Shown: in pieces, positions 50,617-64,000 of the stretch
How the letters are laid out: every line of letters begins with the position of its first letter
Numbering within the stretch: the stretch's first letter is position 1
NCBI RefSeq assembly: GCF_001194135.2
Contig: NC_068982.1
Coordinates: forward strand, 36,472,597-36,536,596
Direction: 5' to 3'
Length of the DNA: 64,000 bases
DNA from: Octopus bimaculoides
Lineage: Eukaryota
Program-made: the position numbers and the translations under genes
The notes under the pieces: model-generated
What the model was told of the DNA's origin: nothing
Databases searched by the model: none
What the model saw: the letters and a program-made list of their open reading frames with translations, nothing else

Positions 50617-52353
50617 TTTTTTTTAGGAGTTTGAAATGAAAATATAAAATAAACATTACTTTTAGTCCTAACATGAAATTTTCCAGTTTTTAAGATCAAT
50701 AGTAACCAATAAAACATTTAACTGGTACCATACCAAAGATTAATTTCAGATAACCATTTAACAATTTCTTTTAATTTTCATCAGATCTGCTCTTTTTCCT
50801 CTTAAATATCAAACTAGTTTTTGTAGGTGATTTCAATGGAATGAATACTGCTGTGCCATGAATAAGATCCTGAGACAGTTTCTTCAGCAAACGAAAGACA
50901 AGATACAGTAAATATACTCCAACACCCTAAAGAAGATATTTGTTATCAAAGTCATGTGTATAAATGAGTTCAGATTTGAAGATCAAGCAAATAGAAGTGA
51001 AAAAAAAAAGAAGATATCAAATCTTGATAATTGTGATATCAATAGCTGCTTGGATAGAAAAGCTATTAATGAGGGCATTGAGTTACACACATATCTAATG
51101 CCAAAATCTTTTCATGCAGCTTCAAAATATTTTTAACTGTGTTGATAATGATGAGCTTAAAGATACCAAAACTAGTTATCTAGGATATATAGCCTACGGT
51201 TTGATTGACAACTAAAATCTGCAAGCATGTTAAGAAAATTGGAGTGGGACTGGTTGTCAATCAATATGTTCAGAAAAAAGAGAAGGAAGAAGTCTGTTAT
51301 TTTTGCAATATTGATGCATATGGTAGCAAATGTAATTCTCAGTGAATCACTCTTAAGTGTGCTTAGCAACTATTCTATTAAGTTTTATAGATAAGCCTAA
51401 ATGGATGCCTCAGGATGGTTGTTTAACTTGCTAGTAATAACAACCAAAATTCTCTTAAATCATACCCTACTGTTTTAAAAAAAATGTACTTGATAATGTA
51501 GTTCTGGATGCATTACATCAAGAAAAGTAAAGATGGGATAGTCATGGCTGGAATACCTTTGATCATAGGTATGCTGATTGGGTATTGTAACTTAGTTTAG
51601 AGGTGTTAACCAATTATTAGTTTTATCTTTGTCTAAATATTTCTTTCAAATGTCTTCAAAAGTTGCATAAATGAACAACAGCTTTAAAGATATCCTGTGT
51701 ATTTTCTCTCAAGAAATTATTTCAAATATCTAAGAATGATCTACAGAATGTGAGTTGCATTCTTCATTTATATTTAATCTTATAGAGAACATTGTATAAT
51801 CTGACTTTGGGAAACTTTGAAATAAATCTATGCTTTCTTGTCTTGTAGATTGAATGTTGTTTAGCCCTAGGTCAGGTCCTGATCAAAGAAATTTAGAATA
51901 AAAGACAATCAAACCATGACCAACCATCTTTATTTTTTAGTGGGCTCAGTGTATCTTGAACTTCATTATCCAATCTGTTATTTCCTTTTTATTTTGTTTT
52001 TGTTAAGCAGTCTACAGTGATTTGATGGATATACATAAAATTGAGATGTAAATATTATTTTGAACACATTATGTAATACATTTAAAGGGACATCTTATAA
52101 AAACATTTTCTGTTTTTATAGCTGTAGTCCATATCTGCTTTTATCATTAACTCTGTATTGTTTTAAAAATAATAATAAGTAGTTTATGTTATTACTATGT
52201 TTTGAGTAGGAAGTCTTTTTATCTTGTGGCAGCATAATTAATTTTTGTAAAAAGATATCTGCTTCCTGCGGTTCTTCAGCAATGAATATAGGTTGGAGTG
52301 TTACACATACACATACATACATAGAGAATGCACACACGCACATGCTCATTCAT

Positions 52354-52437
<84 letters not shown>

Positions 52438-52464
52438 GGGCACACCATACATATACATATAAAT

Positions 52465-52910
52465 CATCATCATTGTTTAACGTCTGCCTTCCATGCTGGC
52501 ATGGGTGGGAAGGTTTGACAAGAACCAACCAGGCAGAAGCCTACACAAGACATCTGTAACTGTTTTACCAGAATTTTACCCCTGGAAACCCTTCCTTCCA
52601 TATTTTTAAAAGCAACATTTGAACGTGGTCGTTGCCAGTGCCACCAGACTGGCTCCTGTGCAGGTGGCACGTAACAAACACCTTTTGAGCATGGTTGTTG
52701 CCAGTACCGCCTGACTGACATTTGTGCTGGTGGCACGTAAAAGTACCCACTACACTCTCGAAGTGGTTGGCGTTAGGAAGGGCAACCAGCTGAAGAAACT
52801 TTGCCAGATCAGATTGGAGCCTGGTGCAGCCTTCTGGCTCACCGGTCCTCAGTTAAACTGTCTAACCCATGCAAGCATGGAAAGTGGACGCTAAACAACA
52901 ATGATGATGA
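52465..52910. mobile_element. RTE-tail-derived non-autonomous element
   Basis: Same termini and gccagt/gcacc internal repeats as 16065-16372. Confidence 0.75.
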
Positions 52911-52918
52911 TGCTGATG

Positions 52919-52988
<70 letters not shown>

Positions 52989-53939
52989 TCTACATATGTA
53001 TATCAGGGATGTGCACCTAGGTAGGTAAGGGAGGCAGTGCCTACCTTGAATAAAATTGATTGATAGCAACATTTTTCTTTTATGGCAAAATATATACTTA
53101 ATTCAATAAAATTATGAAGGTTACTCTGATTACTATGCATAAAATACAAAATATTTAATTTTTTTGCAGATTAGGTAGGCATAATTCGCCCCTGCTTTTC
53201 AATCTCAGTATTTAAGCTTTGCATAGTACTGCTGTAGTACACATGCTGCGTACACTCCTACAACACCGTTTTCTTTACATGCTATAAAAGCAAAAGTAAA
53301 TCTGCCTTCAACTCAGTCATGCATCTAAGTTTTGCTTATTTTTTTTGTGTTTTACTACATAAAGGTCACCAACTGCCTACCCTGAGTAATTACTGACGGC
53401 ACATGCCTGATGTATATGTCTGCATAATATATATATATATATGCATACATACATTCATGTATGTATGTATGTATTATTGATATTGTGCTTAGTTACCATT
53501 TATTATGCTTATTTAGTTCTTCAAACTAAATTTATTACTTCACAGAACTCTTTCAGTGTTGTAATAGTCCCAATAGAGGATACTTTTTATTCATAAACAT
53601 ATACCTGCATTTCCTACCAGCAGTTAGTACCTAATTTCCATCGCTTTCAAACATATGTTTTCATGTCAAATAAGCTAATATAAGTGTATGAGTGCCAACA
53701 AAACATCTTTATAGAAAGTTCTCAGTTTGAGACAATTAATTTTGAACACTCAATTGATCAAGGTTATGTATTATCCTGGCTGTCTGAAGTGTGTCTAGTT
53801 AACAAATCTATGTACACATGAGTTATATCTTTTATAAAATATAATGTCTTGAACGACACAACAATGCAGGGTAGACTATAATAACTGTTATAATTTATCG
53901 ATAGTCTGATATAATAATAATATTTTGGAATACAAAAAT

Positions 53940-54700
53940 TCCTTCAGATATCACTAGGAATTGATTGAGTCACTGCTATAATCGGTTTTCCAACGGCTAC
54001 TGAATTTTTTTTTTCTGGAAGCATCTCTGCAGTGGTCTCACGAAGGTCCTTCCGGAATTCCTCATGAGAATTGCATGAGGACAGCCATGTCTCAAGTTCG
54101 TGTGTGTTGACACATCCGCAGTGCTGCTTCTTTCTATTTTTACTGTTTTTTTTTATATAATACATGAGTATGTTATCAAAAATGAACCTACACCCATCCA
54201 GATATAGCTAAATAATATACTGATTGCCAACCTCCTGCCTGTTGTTAATTTGGGGCCCTAGTGTGTCTATGAGGATAGTTTCCTTAATTCTTAGATTACC
54301 CAAATTTCTTTCATTAGCCTCAATTGTGATTTATGCTTTTGTCGGTGTTCAGGCATCTGTCTAGATGTTTTCTGAAGGAGGAGGCTCTCATGTTCAGATG
54401 TTCTTTGATGTGAATGTGTAACAGTCTTGTTATGCTACTCACATAGAACTTGTTGCATTTGTTACATTGTATTCTATGCACAACATTTACCCGTTAGCAT
54501 AAATCTGTGTCACGGATGAGGCAATTAGTTAGTGTGCATTGATTGCTGTCCCTTGCTCGTTTCTTTGCTAGGTGTCTTCTCAGAGAGGGGCCAGAGTGGG
54601 CTAATTGTATGTCTAATCCTTCTCTTCTTATGGCTCTTCAGATGGCTGTAGTTACCCTCTCACTAAAATGGGGTATTTTAAGGAAGCATTAAGCCATGCA
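53940..54700 (-). mobile_element. Penelope-like element fragment with GIY-YIG endonuclease relic
   Basis: Minus frame LKIPHFSERVTTAI*RAIRREGLDIQLAH...NVVHRIQCNKCNKFYVSSITRLLHIHIKEHL...NLRIKETILI..LGPQINNR, equivalent to VVY.I.C..C..FYIG.T.R.L..R..EH. Confidence 0.85.
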
Positions 54701-56106
54701 CTGTCTCAACTTGTTAAATAAGGGCAGTACACCATATTAACCCATGGAAAAAAATCCTAGTTATGCAAGTGTGAAAGTGGTTGTTACTGAGACTTCAAGT
54801 AACTAATGAAAGCTCTAGAGTGTTTGAATGAATGAAAATGTTCCTGTTAAAAAGAAATGTTAGATAGTTGGTATTTTTTACATTTTCCTTAGGAAATTGT
54901 GTCTTATATAAAGAAGTTACTCAATCTTATTTCATAATGACAGTCACTAGTAAACCAATGAAGAGAGGAATATGCTTTGCTCATACCCACTGTTAACTGA
55001 TGACACTACTCTTCTTCACTATTTTTTCCTCTTTTCATCACACACATTGTAAATAACAATTTTGAAAGATTTAATCCTATTAATAGCATCCATTCTTAGC
55101 GAAAATATTTCCTTCTGAGGTTTAGGAAGTGAATCATAATTCATAAAACATAATACAGATTATCTTTTAGAAAAAGAAAATTGATTGGCATTTTTATTTC
55201 TCATGAATAATAGCAGTTTGAGAGTCCTTTACATCCTGTTAATAATGGGATCAATTGCCTCCAGTAATCTTTTCCAGAAACAAAAGTATTCAATATGGCT
55301 AAAGGAGCTTCAAGAGAGCTTTGTTTCTTTTAAAAGCTAGCAAGTATTTGACTCTGAATTATAAAGAAACCTAAATTTTATTTATGGAATGCTGCTCTCA
55401 CATCTTAGGTAGTGTGTATCGTTAGTCACTGCTGTATTGTACTGAATTTGAAGAGAAAACAAAATTGCATAAACAAAGAATCGTATGATGGTTTAGAATG
55501 TGTTCTCTTACTAATAAATTTTCCTATTTAATTGCTGCAACGATTGTGACCAGTAGCTCTAAATCTTCTGGTTACCTGCTCACCAAAATTATAATGTATA
55601 TGTTTCTCAGCAAGAGTTCTGCTATATCCACTTTCCAGAATTATAGACCAAATAAAATACAAAATTGTTTATTTTAAAAAATACACTGCTGCCAAGTATG
55701 CCTCTTCATTAGCAAATTCAAGTTACTTGATAAAGAATTTTAAACACAATAATATTGTTTAATTCGTAACTCATCAAACCAAGCCACATTTAAATATAAA
55801 GAATCACTACTTTTACTGTTATGTTTTGAAATTTTACTCATTTTGAAAAATGTAACTTTTGTACAAGCAAATTAATAATTAACATTAGTGTTTGGTAATA
55901 CTATCCTTGAAAGTATTATTTTTCAAATACTGAAATTCATACTGAATAAGTGCTGGAATGTCTATGTGGTAAGAAGTTTGCTTCTTAACCACATGGTTTC
56001 AGGTTCTACTGAGTAGCACCTTGAGCAAGTGTCTTCTACTATAGCCTCAGGTTGACCAAAGCTTGTAAGCAGATATAGAAGATGGAAACTGAAAGAAACC
56101 TATCAT

Positions 56107-56146
<40 letters not shown>

Positions 56147-57479
56147 GTGCATGTGTGCATGCATGCATGTGTGTGTGTGTGTGTTTTGTCGTCTTGCCTT
56201 GACATCATGTAGTAGTTGTAAGTGTCACCATTGCACAAGTGGTATCCTTCATTTCCAATCTTTTGCAAGAACATGTCTGACCATAGGGAAATATAATCTT
56301 ATGTGGAAACAGATGATGGCTGGTGACAGAAGTGCATCTGGCTGTAGAAAATCCGCTTCAACAAATTCCATCTGATTTATATGAACATGGACAAGTGGAT
56401 ATTAAAAAAAAACAAAAAAACAGTGATGAAGCATTTCAATTAATAGAATTTTTTTTGCAATTGATTCCTAATTATCTTTACATATACACATTCTGAAATC
56501 TTTTATTTTCATGATTGTTGTCAGTAGTTAGAAATTATATTTCTACATAGCCTAGCATCTTTATTTTAAGAAGCTTTTAAATAGTATACTTCCTCCAACA
56601 TCAGAATGAAGTTGTACCCTTCATACATCTTTCAGTATTTAACTTGAGATGGCAGAAAAAAGATTCCCTCGCTCATACTTGTCATGTTTCCAAAGCTTTT
56701 AAGTAATTCTAGAATATACAAGAGATACAGCTTTATTATGTTTCTTAAAATGTTCTTAAGAAAACTTAATATGTGCTTTATCTTATCTTTACTTTGGGAA
56801 CATTGTCAGTATATTTTTACCTTCAGATTTTCTTATTTAGAAATAACTTCTTACCTTTCTAAATTTTTTGGTTTTATTTAATCTGTGATGCAAGATAAAT
56901 TAATCATCTCTTGGATAGTTGCATAGTATCTAATTTATATTAAATGAACTGTTCACATTATTAATGACAGCTTACCAACAAACTTCTACATTAGAAGCTA
57001 CGTAAAATACATTTCCCCACAATTATTTTGTTCAGTGAGATAACACAGTCGATCAATGTCTTTAAGCTCTTGGAAACAGCTAGTTATCTTTTATTATGTT
57101 TGTAACATAGCTGATATTCTGAAAATATAGAATACTTACAGCTGTGTGTTAATTTCATAAAACCTCAAACTGGATATATATCCTACTGACAAACATTTAT
57201 TCTGTCAAACTAGACCCTAAAATGACAGGAATAGTATTAACAAATCTTTGAGAGAAATTTAGATAATACATTTCGTCCTCTTCTTCCACCTTGCTACCAC
57301 TATTACTACAATCCTCACCACCATTTTTTTAAACAAATATTTTTCCATGATAGCATGAGTGGATGAGTCTGCAGTAAAGCATATAACTTCTCTTGACGTA
57401 GTGTTATCTTGTTCATGAAACCCAAAATACTGGAAACTGACTTCACTATTTATTCTCCTGCTTTCCTTGGTCTTTTTTC

Positions 57480-58280
57480 CATCAGTTGTACCTTTTACTG
57501 TTATCACATAACACTATTTCATCCATTTACATAACATGTCAATACCAGCACAGTTAACTTCCCTATATATATTAGTTAATGCTTTTAATACCCACTGTGT
57601 TCTATGTTCTGCCTTTCATGCAAATTAATGTAACATGGTCAATGAATGAATGATATTCAACTCATTTTTCTTCAACCTTTGCAGATCTTTCACATCCAAT
57701 GCACACAGTTAACTTCTATGCTGTACATATGTTTCATATAATTCACTTTTTATATGAAAAGAGAAGAACTTCTTGCTGTTAAAGTTAATAGCTCCCAGAA
57801 TTTCTTCCACACATATCTTAAGGGAGCTACTATAATCTAATTAGGGCTATTTCCACAAGTAGTTAGGATTCCGGTTTGCAGAAATTATCTACATTGTTTA
57901 AGGAAGCATCTGATCAGTACACAGACTATATCTCATGGAAACTCCTATAGCTAAATACTCCTGTACATCTAAAGTTCTGGTTCTTCGATAGTCTGCAAGA
58001 GATTCCACAGCAACTTTTGTATAGCTATTTCTTGCTCAAAGTACACACAACACCCCATATAAACAAACCTTTTTCCCAAATGGCTCAGATATTTTGTATT
58101 TTCTGTTAGTTGCATTAACTTTGACTTTCTCAAATGCTTTCATGACTTGGCCTATCAGATTGAGGACTTTGTGACAGCTCTTCTTTAGCCTGTTCCATTT
58201 TTTCTTGTAGTAGTTTAAAATGATTTTACTATTGAACATTACTGAAACCAATGGAGATAGTTTATGCTTCCCTTTCATAT
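57480..58280 (-). mobile_element. Old RTE LINE relic
   Basis: Minus frame KSELYETYV...ALDVKDLQRLKKNE resembles KGRLYDACV..WA...ED..RLERNE. Confidence 0.5.
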
Positions 58281-58507
58281 TTCTGATGAATTAAGGAATT
58301 TGAACTCGTAATATTTAGTAACATATGATGTGTTGGCTGGTTTGGAATTTTACACAGATAATTACCTAACCAACATGTGCTTCATTACCAATTTACCCAT
58401 CTTATTTCACTCATGTCCATCCAGTTATGTGCAGATAAGTTCATTTTTCCCTTCCTCACTTAATTCCACACAGCATTCTAGCCTAACCTGATGATACTAA
58501 CTTGTCT

Positions 58508-58580
58508 CAATTTAATTTAATTTAATTTAATCTAATCTAATCTAATCTAACTTTAACCTTAACTTAATTTAATTTAATTG
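58508..58580. repeat. Pentanucleotide (TTAAT/CTAAT)n
   Basis: Direct reading. Confidence 0.9.
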
Positions 58581-58699
58581 TAATTCATTACTTGTGCCTT
58601 CTCTCATCTATGTTTTCTTATCAGCTTTATTCTTGTCCCTTCTCTCATACCGGCTTCTAATTTTGCTTGCAGCTTGAGCCATCATGTTTTTGTTTTGAA

Positions 58700-59228
58700 A
58701 ATGACCTTTCAATGTTGGGCAGCAGCCATGTGTCTTTCAAGGGGTGCATGGAGGTCATGGAATTGGCTCCAGAAATGAGGAGGGAACAAGGCTGCTAGAG
58801 TTCTGTGAATCAAATGACCTAATGATTTGCAACACCAGCTTCAGTAAACCGGCCAGTCACTTGATAGCCTATAAATCTGGTGACATGCTAGTCAGATTGA
58901 CTACATTCTCATCAGAAAGTGGATTCATGGCTGCTCATAAATGCTAAGTCCTTCCCTGGTGAAGAGTGTACCTCTCATCATAGGTTACTTGTTAGCGACT
59001 TCAAACTGCAGGCACGAAGGATTCCAAGAAGCAAGCCAGTTTGGAAAAGAAAGATCTGGAAGCTTAAGGATCTGTTGAATAGATGGAGATTTAGGGACTT
59101 CCTAAATGAAGCATTTGATGAAAAGGAGGAGGAGTTACATACTTGCAATATAGAGGATAGCTGGAATTTCCTACGTGGCAACTTACTGAGAGTCACAGAC
59201 CAAATTTGTGGGTGGTGCAAAGTCTTAT
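58700..59228 (+). mobile_element. RTE LINE fragment, APE endonuclease C-terminal half and linker
   Basis: GVHGGHGIGSRNEEGTRLLEFCESNDLMICNT.F.KPASHLI.YKSG / SQIDYIL / FPGEECTSHHRLLVSDF. Confidence 0.9.
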
Positions 59229-60850
59229 AGTAGAAAGGATATTATACTATAGAATTTTGACCAGTATATAGGATAATTTTTTGATTGCTTTTTAGATTGT
59301 ATAATTAGAGTTGTTCAGAGTGTGGATGTAAAATTTACAAAGTTTGAATCATTTGAAGAAAAACGAAATTACTGAAATTTCCTGTAAGCAGCTATAGTAG
59401 ATTAATCCTATTATGTAAAGAATAATGAAAAAGATGTATGCTTCTATTAAAAGAAAGAGTGTTAATGAATATTCATAGAATATTTTCTTTTTCCTGTTAG
59501 ATTCAAATTGTAGACAATGCTGCAAGAACTTGCAACTGCTTTTGTAGAAATAATTTTCAGTAAGTAACCAATAAAGTAAGAACTTACGAATTTTTTCATG
59601 TATCATTAAGTTTATTTGCCATTTTGTCAAGCAGTTATCTTTTTTTAAAGCTCGGAAAATCTTTGATGAAATAATTCTGGATAACTTATAGACTTGCTTA
59701 CTTGTGGCCTTTTTTCTGTCATGCTTATAAAGCAGGCAGTATGAAGCAAAGTAACACTTAAATTGAATTAGAGATGTATTTTTATGTTTTCTTTTTATGC
59801 ACTTACTTATATGTGCAATGGTATATTTTTACTAACATTTGGTATAGTATTTAGAATTGAGAGTCTACAAAAATATGTAGTTGAAAAAATATCAGAAGTA
59901 TACAGTTGATATTTTTGAAGAATGTTATTCATAAGATAAAAAATCACAAAGTTTTTCTAAAATTAAAATAATAAAGTAGATTTATTACATTGTAAGTGTT
60001 AAAAAATAACTTACACAAACAAGAAAAGAATGTAATATGGTGCAAAACACATTTGTATAAAACTTATAGATTGTCTAAAACTGACAGAAAAAGATATAAA
60101 TGATGATTGTAGTAGTACATTGATAAAAACAATAAGAATGAAGTTGATAATGATAACAGTAATGGTTGTGATGGTGATTGTGATGATGCTGATGATGAAG
60201 TGGAAGAAGAGGAGGATAAAATAAAAACAGAATGCATTCTAAGCAACAATAAACATGAAAACTAAAATAGAAAATCTTTCTCTGATTTTAACCTTTCTTT
60301 GAACTCATTTTTCAATGGAAAAATAAAGTACAATAAAATTTTAGTCTGCAAGTTAAATATTGATAAATCATATCTACAAACTTGTTCTGAAGAATGAAAG
60401 GTCGTTGAAAGTAACAACTATCTATGATGATAAAAGAATTGTATAGAATACTGATATTGATGTCAAGATGTGTTTGGAAATGGATAACAAGTGAACATTT
60501 TTTTGGATTGGACAACGAGAATTCTTTATTTAGAAGATTGATATTTTGTGTCATGTATTTTATCTATATTTTAAAGTATTTTTTTTTCTTCCCCTGTTTG
60601 TAGAAAAGTTTGTTTTTGCCATTTTTCAAAATAAGCTTTTCATATATAAATTCAGAGCTGATTAGCTACCTCTCATAATATATTATTGGGTAGTAATCAT
60701 ATATTATGAAATCATGTGTGTGCATGTGTAGATGTGTGTCAGCATGCTTGCATTTTTTTTAGAAAGCAAAAGAGGAAATATGAGGAATAGCTGGAAGTGG
60801 TGAGAAATATAGTTGAAGAATGTGACAACAGATCATAGGATGTTAGGTGA

Positions 60851-60912
<62 letters not shown>

Positions 60913-60922
60913 NNNNNNNNNN

Positions 60923-60961
<39 letters not shown>

Positions 60962-62323
60962 AATGCTACTGTTACAAAGAATGTTTATGTGAGTGTTTAA
61001 TGAAACTTAGATATGTGTAAGCAATGCTAATAATTTCAAATAACATAATGCATAAAAATAACATTTCCCCTTCTGGTTTTAATAACTTCTTTCAATCACA
61101 GAATGATGTTTGTACTTACATGCATTGCTGACTAATCTGTTTCATAGACTTTGAAACAAGACCAACAATTTATACGTCAGAATGGCTTATTAACTTCTAC
61201 ATTTCCTAAATATATTTCTAGTAGCATGGAAATCCATGAAAATACATATTTTAAATGTTTATTTAGTCTTATATTTGTTTATAAATCTTCCTGTCTCTGA
61301 ACTGTCTGTACATTATTTACTTTTCTACATAAATGTAATGTATGTGCTTTAGTTTTTGACTTTGTTCAAGCCATTGCAGTTGTAGTGATTGCTAAAACAG
61401 TGCTTTCAAATATGTGTAACACACATGTTTAAGCATATACTTACACACATGTACATGCAAATATCTGTGTATATTAGATTGATTGATATTGTGCATATAT
61501 GTATATGTATTATTTTTTAGCTATGCATTGGTCTGTGTCTTTCTGTCTGTATATCTGTCTGTATCATTGTAGATATTTTGGGGTAACTGTAGCTTTAATG
61601 ATAAATCACAAATGTCAAAGGTGTCAGTAAACTGACATTTTAAGTGCCATGTGATGTTGTGCAGAATGACTTTTTTATTATGATGGACCATAATCATTCT
61701 TTTTCAGCTTATTGGTCTACTTAGACAGTTCTTGGTTTCAAGCTTGTTACCTTAAATTTTTGTATTAAATTTCGATACCAATTTTGGTTTTTGGGGCTCT
61801 GTATGTGTATGGGAGTTGATAGTTTCTATTTGCTGGTAAATAGGAGACATTAAAAAGAGGGCCAATCATGACACTGTTCTGAAGAACTTTTTAGATTTAC
61901 TTCAAATTTACTTAATACTTCATTTGTTTCTTATTTCTTCTATATAGTTTCTTTTAACTAGGCACAAAGTTAGTTTTAGTGTGAAGTGGAGGATAACTGA
62001 ATTGATTCTCATATGTATATTCTGTATTGTTTTTTTTTGTGGGGGGGAGCAGGGAATATTCCTGATCCACTGTTCTTTTACTTATCAGCATAGAGCACCC
62101 CATCATAAAGCATTGGCTACAAGTGGTTGGAACATGTGGTTAGAATGAAAGATAAGAGAATTTGTTGTCAAATGCTTTTCAGTAAATTAACTACCAGGAA
62201 AAGACCATGACGAGGTCCTGAGAGCTAAAACAAGTAGTCAAAATCACTGGGATTGAGACTAAAACATGAGAAACTGAAACCCAGAATTGTTCCAACAGAA
62301 TTTCCCAATTGGCCATACACACA

Positions 62324-63545
62324 CACATAACAGAAGTAAATAGACACCTTTATAATAATTAAAACTTCTTTAGATCTGAAATTATACAGTCAACTTATTT
62401 ATAAATTGTTATAATGGGAATATTTAATATTTAGTAGACATGCCCTTTGCATTTTTCAATGCAAGGACCCTATTAGGCATGTCACTGATCAAAGGACGAA
62501 TATTTTCTTGTGTAATTTCATGCCAAGTTTCATGCAGTAATCTCAAAAGATCTGGCTTTGAAGATGTTTTCTCATTCATTTTATGAAGTATCCAGTCCAT
62601 TATGTCTCAGAAGTGTTCAATAGAGTTCATATCCGGTGACTGGCTTGACCATGGAAGCTTTTTAATGCGATTCTCATCCAACAAATCTTGGGTCATATTA
62701 GCCATATGACAAATGATAAATAAAGTCTTCTTTAATCATTTCACCCCTGGAGAAGATTGGAAGGAGTTGTTTCTGCAATATGGACACATATGCATCTGAG
62801 TTTATGTTTCCCTCATGCTCCACCAGCTCTAATCAACAATTGCTCCAAATTACTCCCCAGATCATCACAGAATAGCTGCCATGTTTCATTATTGGTTGCA
62901 ATGTTTTCACATCAAATTCTTGGTCACAGAACCTCCAGACTCACACTCAACCACTGTCAGGAAATACAGCAAATCTGGACTCATCAGAGAATATGACAGT
63001 GTCCCAAAATGCTAATCTCCACCATCTCACTGGTCCAATCTTTTCTCTGCTTGATGGCTAGTCAAAAAGTGGCTTCCTTCTTGCTGCTCTGCCATAGTAA
63101 CCAAGTTTGTGAAGATATCTGACAGCTGTTCTGGGATTGACATCAACTTGTTCTGCTATATCAGAGGATTGCAATGAGGATTATCCTCTACACTTCTCTT
63201 AGCAAAGAGAAGAGTCCTGCCAGAGGGCCCTGGTTGATCTGGGTGAGGTGATGTGGACTCTTCCGCTCTCTTGTGAATTGCACAATCACTCTATTAACTG
63301 TAGAAAGCAGGAACCCAAGGTTTTCTGTGATTTTACACTGATTATGTCCACCTTCAGAATGACCCACAGTATGGACTCTTTGAAATTCAGAAATTCCAAG
63401 GCGTCTTTTGTACATGGCATGATTAAACAGTCACTTATAGAACCTGAAACATAAAAATGTCAATTAATAAAAATGTAAACCATTACAAGCTAGAATAAAC
63501 ATAAAAACGATGTTTTATTGGTTGTTTGTTTACTTCTGTCATGTG
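62324..63545 (-). mobile_element. Second, older Tc1-like transposon (~1.22 kb)
   Basis: Degenerate TIRs CACAT(A/G)ACAGAAGTAAA... at both ends with TA on the right. Minus frames give ISEFQR..VGH (HTH), FSDES and WSSQSPDMNSIEHF. Confidence 0.85.
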
Positions 63546-63769
63546 TATATATATATATATATATANNNNNNNNNNNNNNNNNNNNNNNNNNNNNNNNNNN
63601 NNNNNNNNNNNNNNNNNNNNNNNNNNNNNNNNNNNNNNNNNNNNNNNNNNNNNNNNNNNNNNNNNNNNNNNNNNNNNNNNNNNNNNNNNNNNNNNNNNNN
63701 NNNNNNNNNNNNNNNNNNNNNNNNNNNNNNNNNNNNNNNNNNNNNNNNNNNNNNNNNNNNNNNNNNNNN

Positions 63770-63827
<58 letters not shown>

Positions 63828-63830
63828 TAT
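63546..63830. repeat. (TA)n/(TATG)n microsatellite with an N gap
   Basis: Direct reading. Confidence 0.95.
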
Positions 63831-64000
63831 GTAACATTTAAAATTATATTAGAAATGTTAAGTCAGAAATTTTTGAAGTGGACCAATATCTTCACCAAAA
63901 TTAAAGAGAATGCTAAGGAGATTTTTAATATCTTTTTATAGATTATACAAAGGAGAATTGGCAAATAAATGGCTAATATTAATATGACTCTCTCTGTGAG

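Noticed and set aside
50810-50860. KLVFVGDFNG motif suggestive of a LINE endonuclease
   Set aside because: Single short motif with no further readable frame; too weak to annotate.
55203-55340. 45-aa small ORF MNNSSLRVLYILLIMGSIASS... resembling a secreted peptide
   Set aside because: An ORF of this size is expected by chance, and there is no promoter or splice support.
57135-57145. cttacagctgt (rc of hammerhead stem III plus cleavage site)
   Set aside because: Only 11 nt match; GAAA and the CTGANGA core are absent.
1-64000. CRISPR arrays, rRNA, operons or prokaryotic systems
   Set aside because: No repeat-spacer arrays, rRNA signatures or dense long ORFs; the sequence is animal-type repetitive DNA.

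Overview
Eukaryotic, AT-rich, repeat-dense genomic DNA with several assembly gaps. The SINE/RTE repertoire and abundant (TA)n/(CA)n/(TATC)n microsatellites point to an octopus or other coleoid cephalopod (inference). I could not identify any intact host protein-coding gene. Most ORF-track entries are microsatellite translations or decayed transposon frames. Supported content: two Tc1 elements with both TIRs, two mariner relics, a Gypsy gag-protease fragment, RTE/CR1/R4/Tx1-like LINE fragments, a Penelope GIY-YIG fragment, several MITEs/foldbacks, at least four SINE families, and several minisatellites. Two CpG-rich islands (~5.6-6.95 kb and ~13.6-14.46 kb) look like promoters, each with a candidate first exon. 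The most notable signal is a family of type I hammerhead ribozyme motifs sharing GAAACAG(C/T)TGTAAGA. One at 31242-31362 (- strand) has an intact core and an ~82-nt structured stem II insertion. One at 33981-34034 (+ strand) is minimal. A third near 39.85 kb is degraded. Coordinates for decayed repeats are approximate, and all counts were made by eye.
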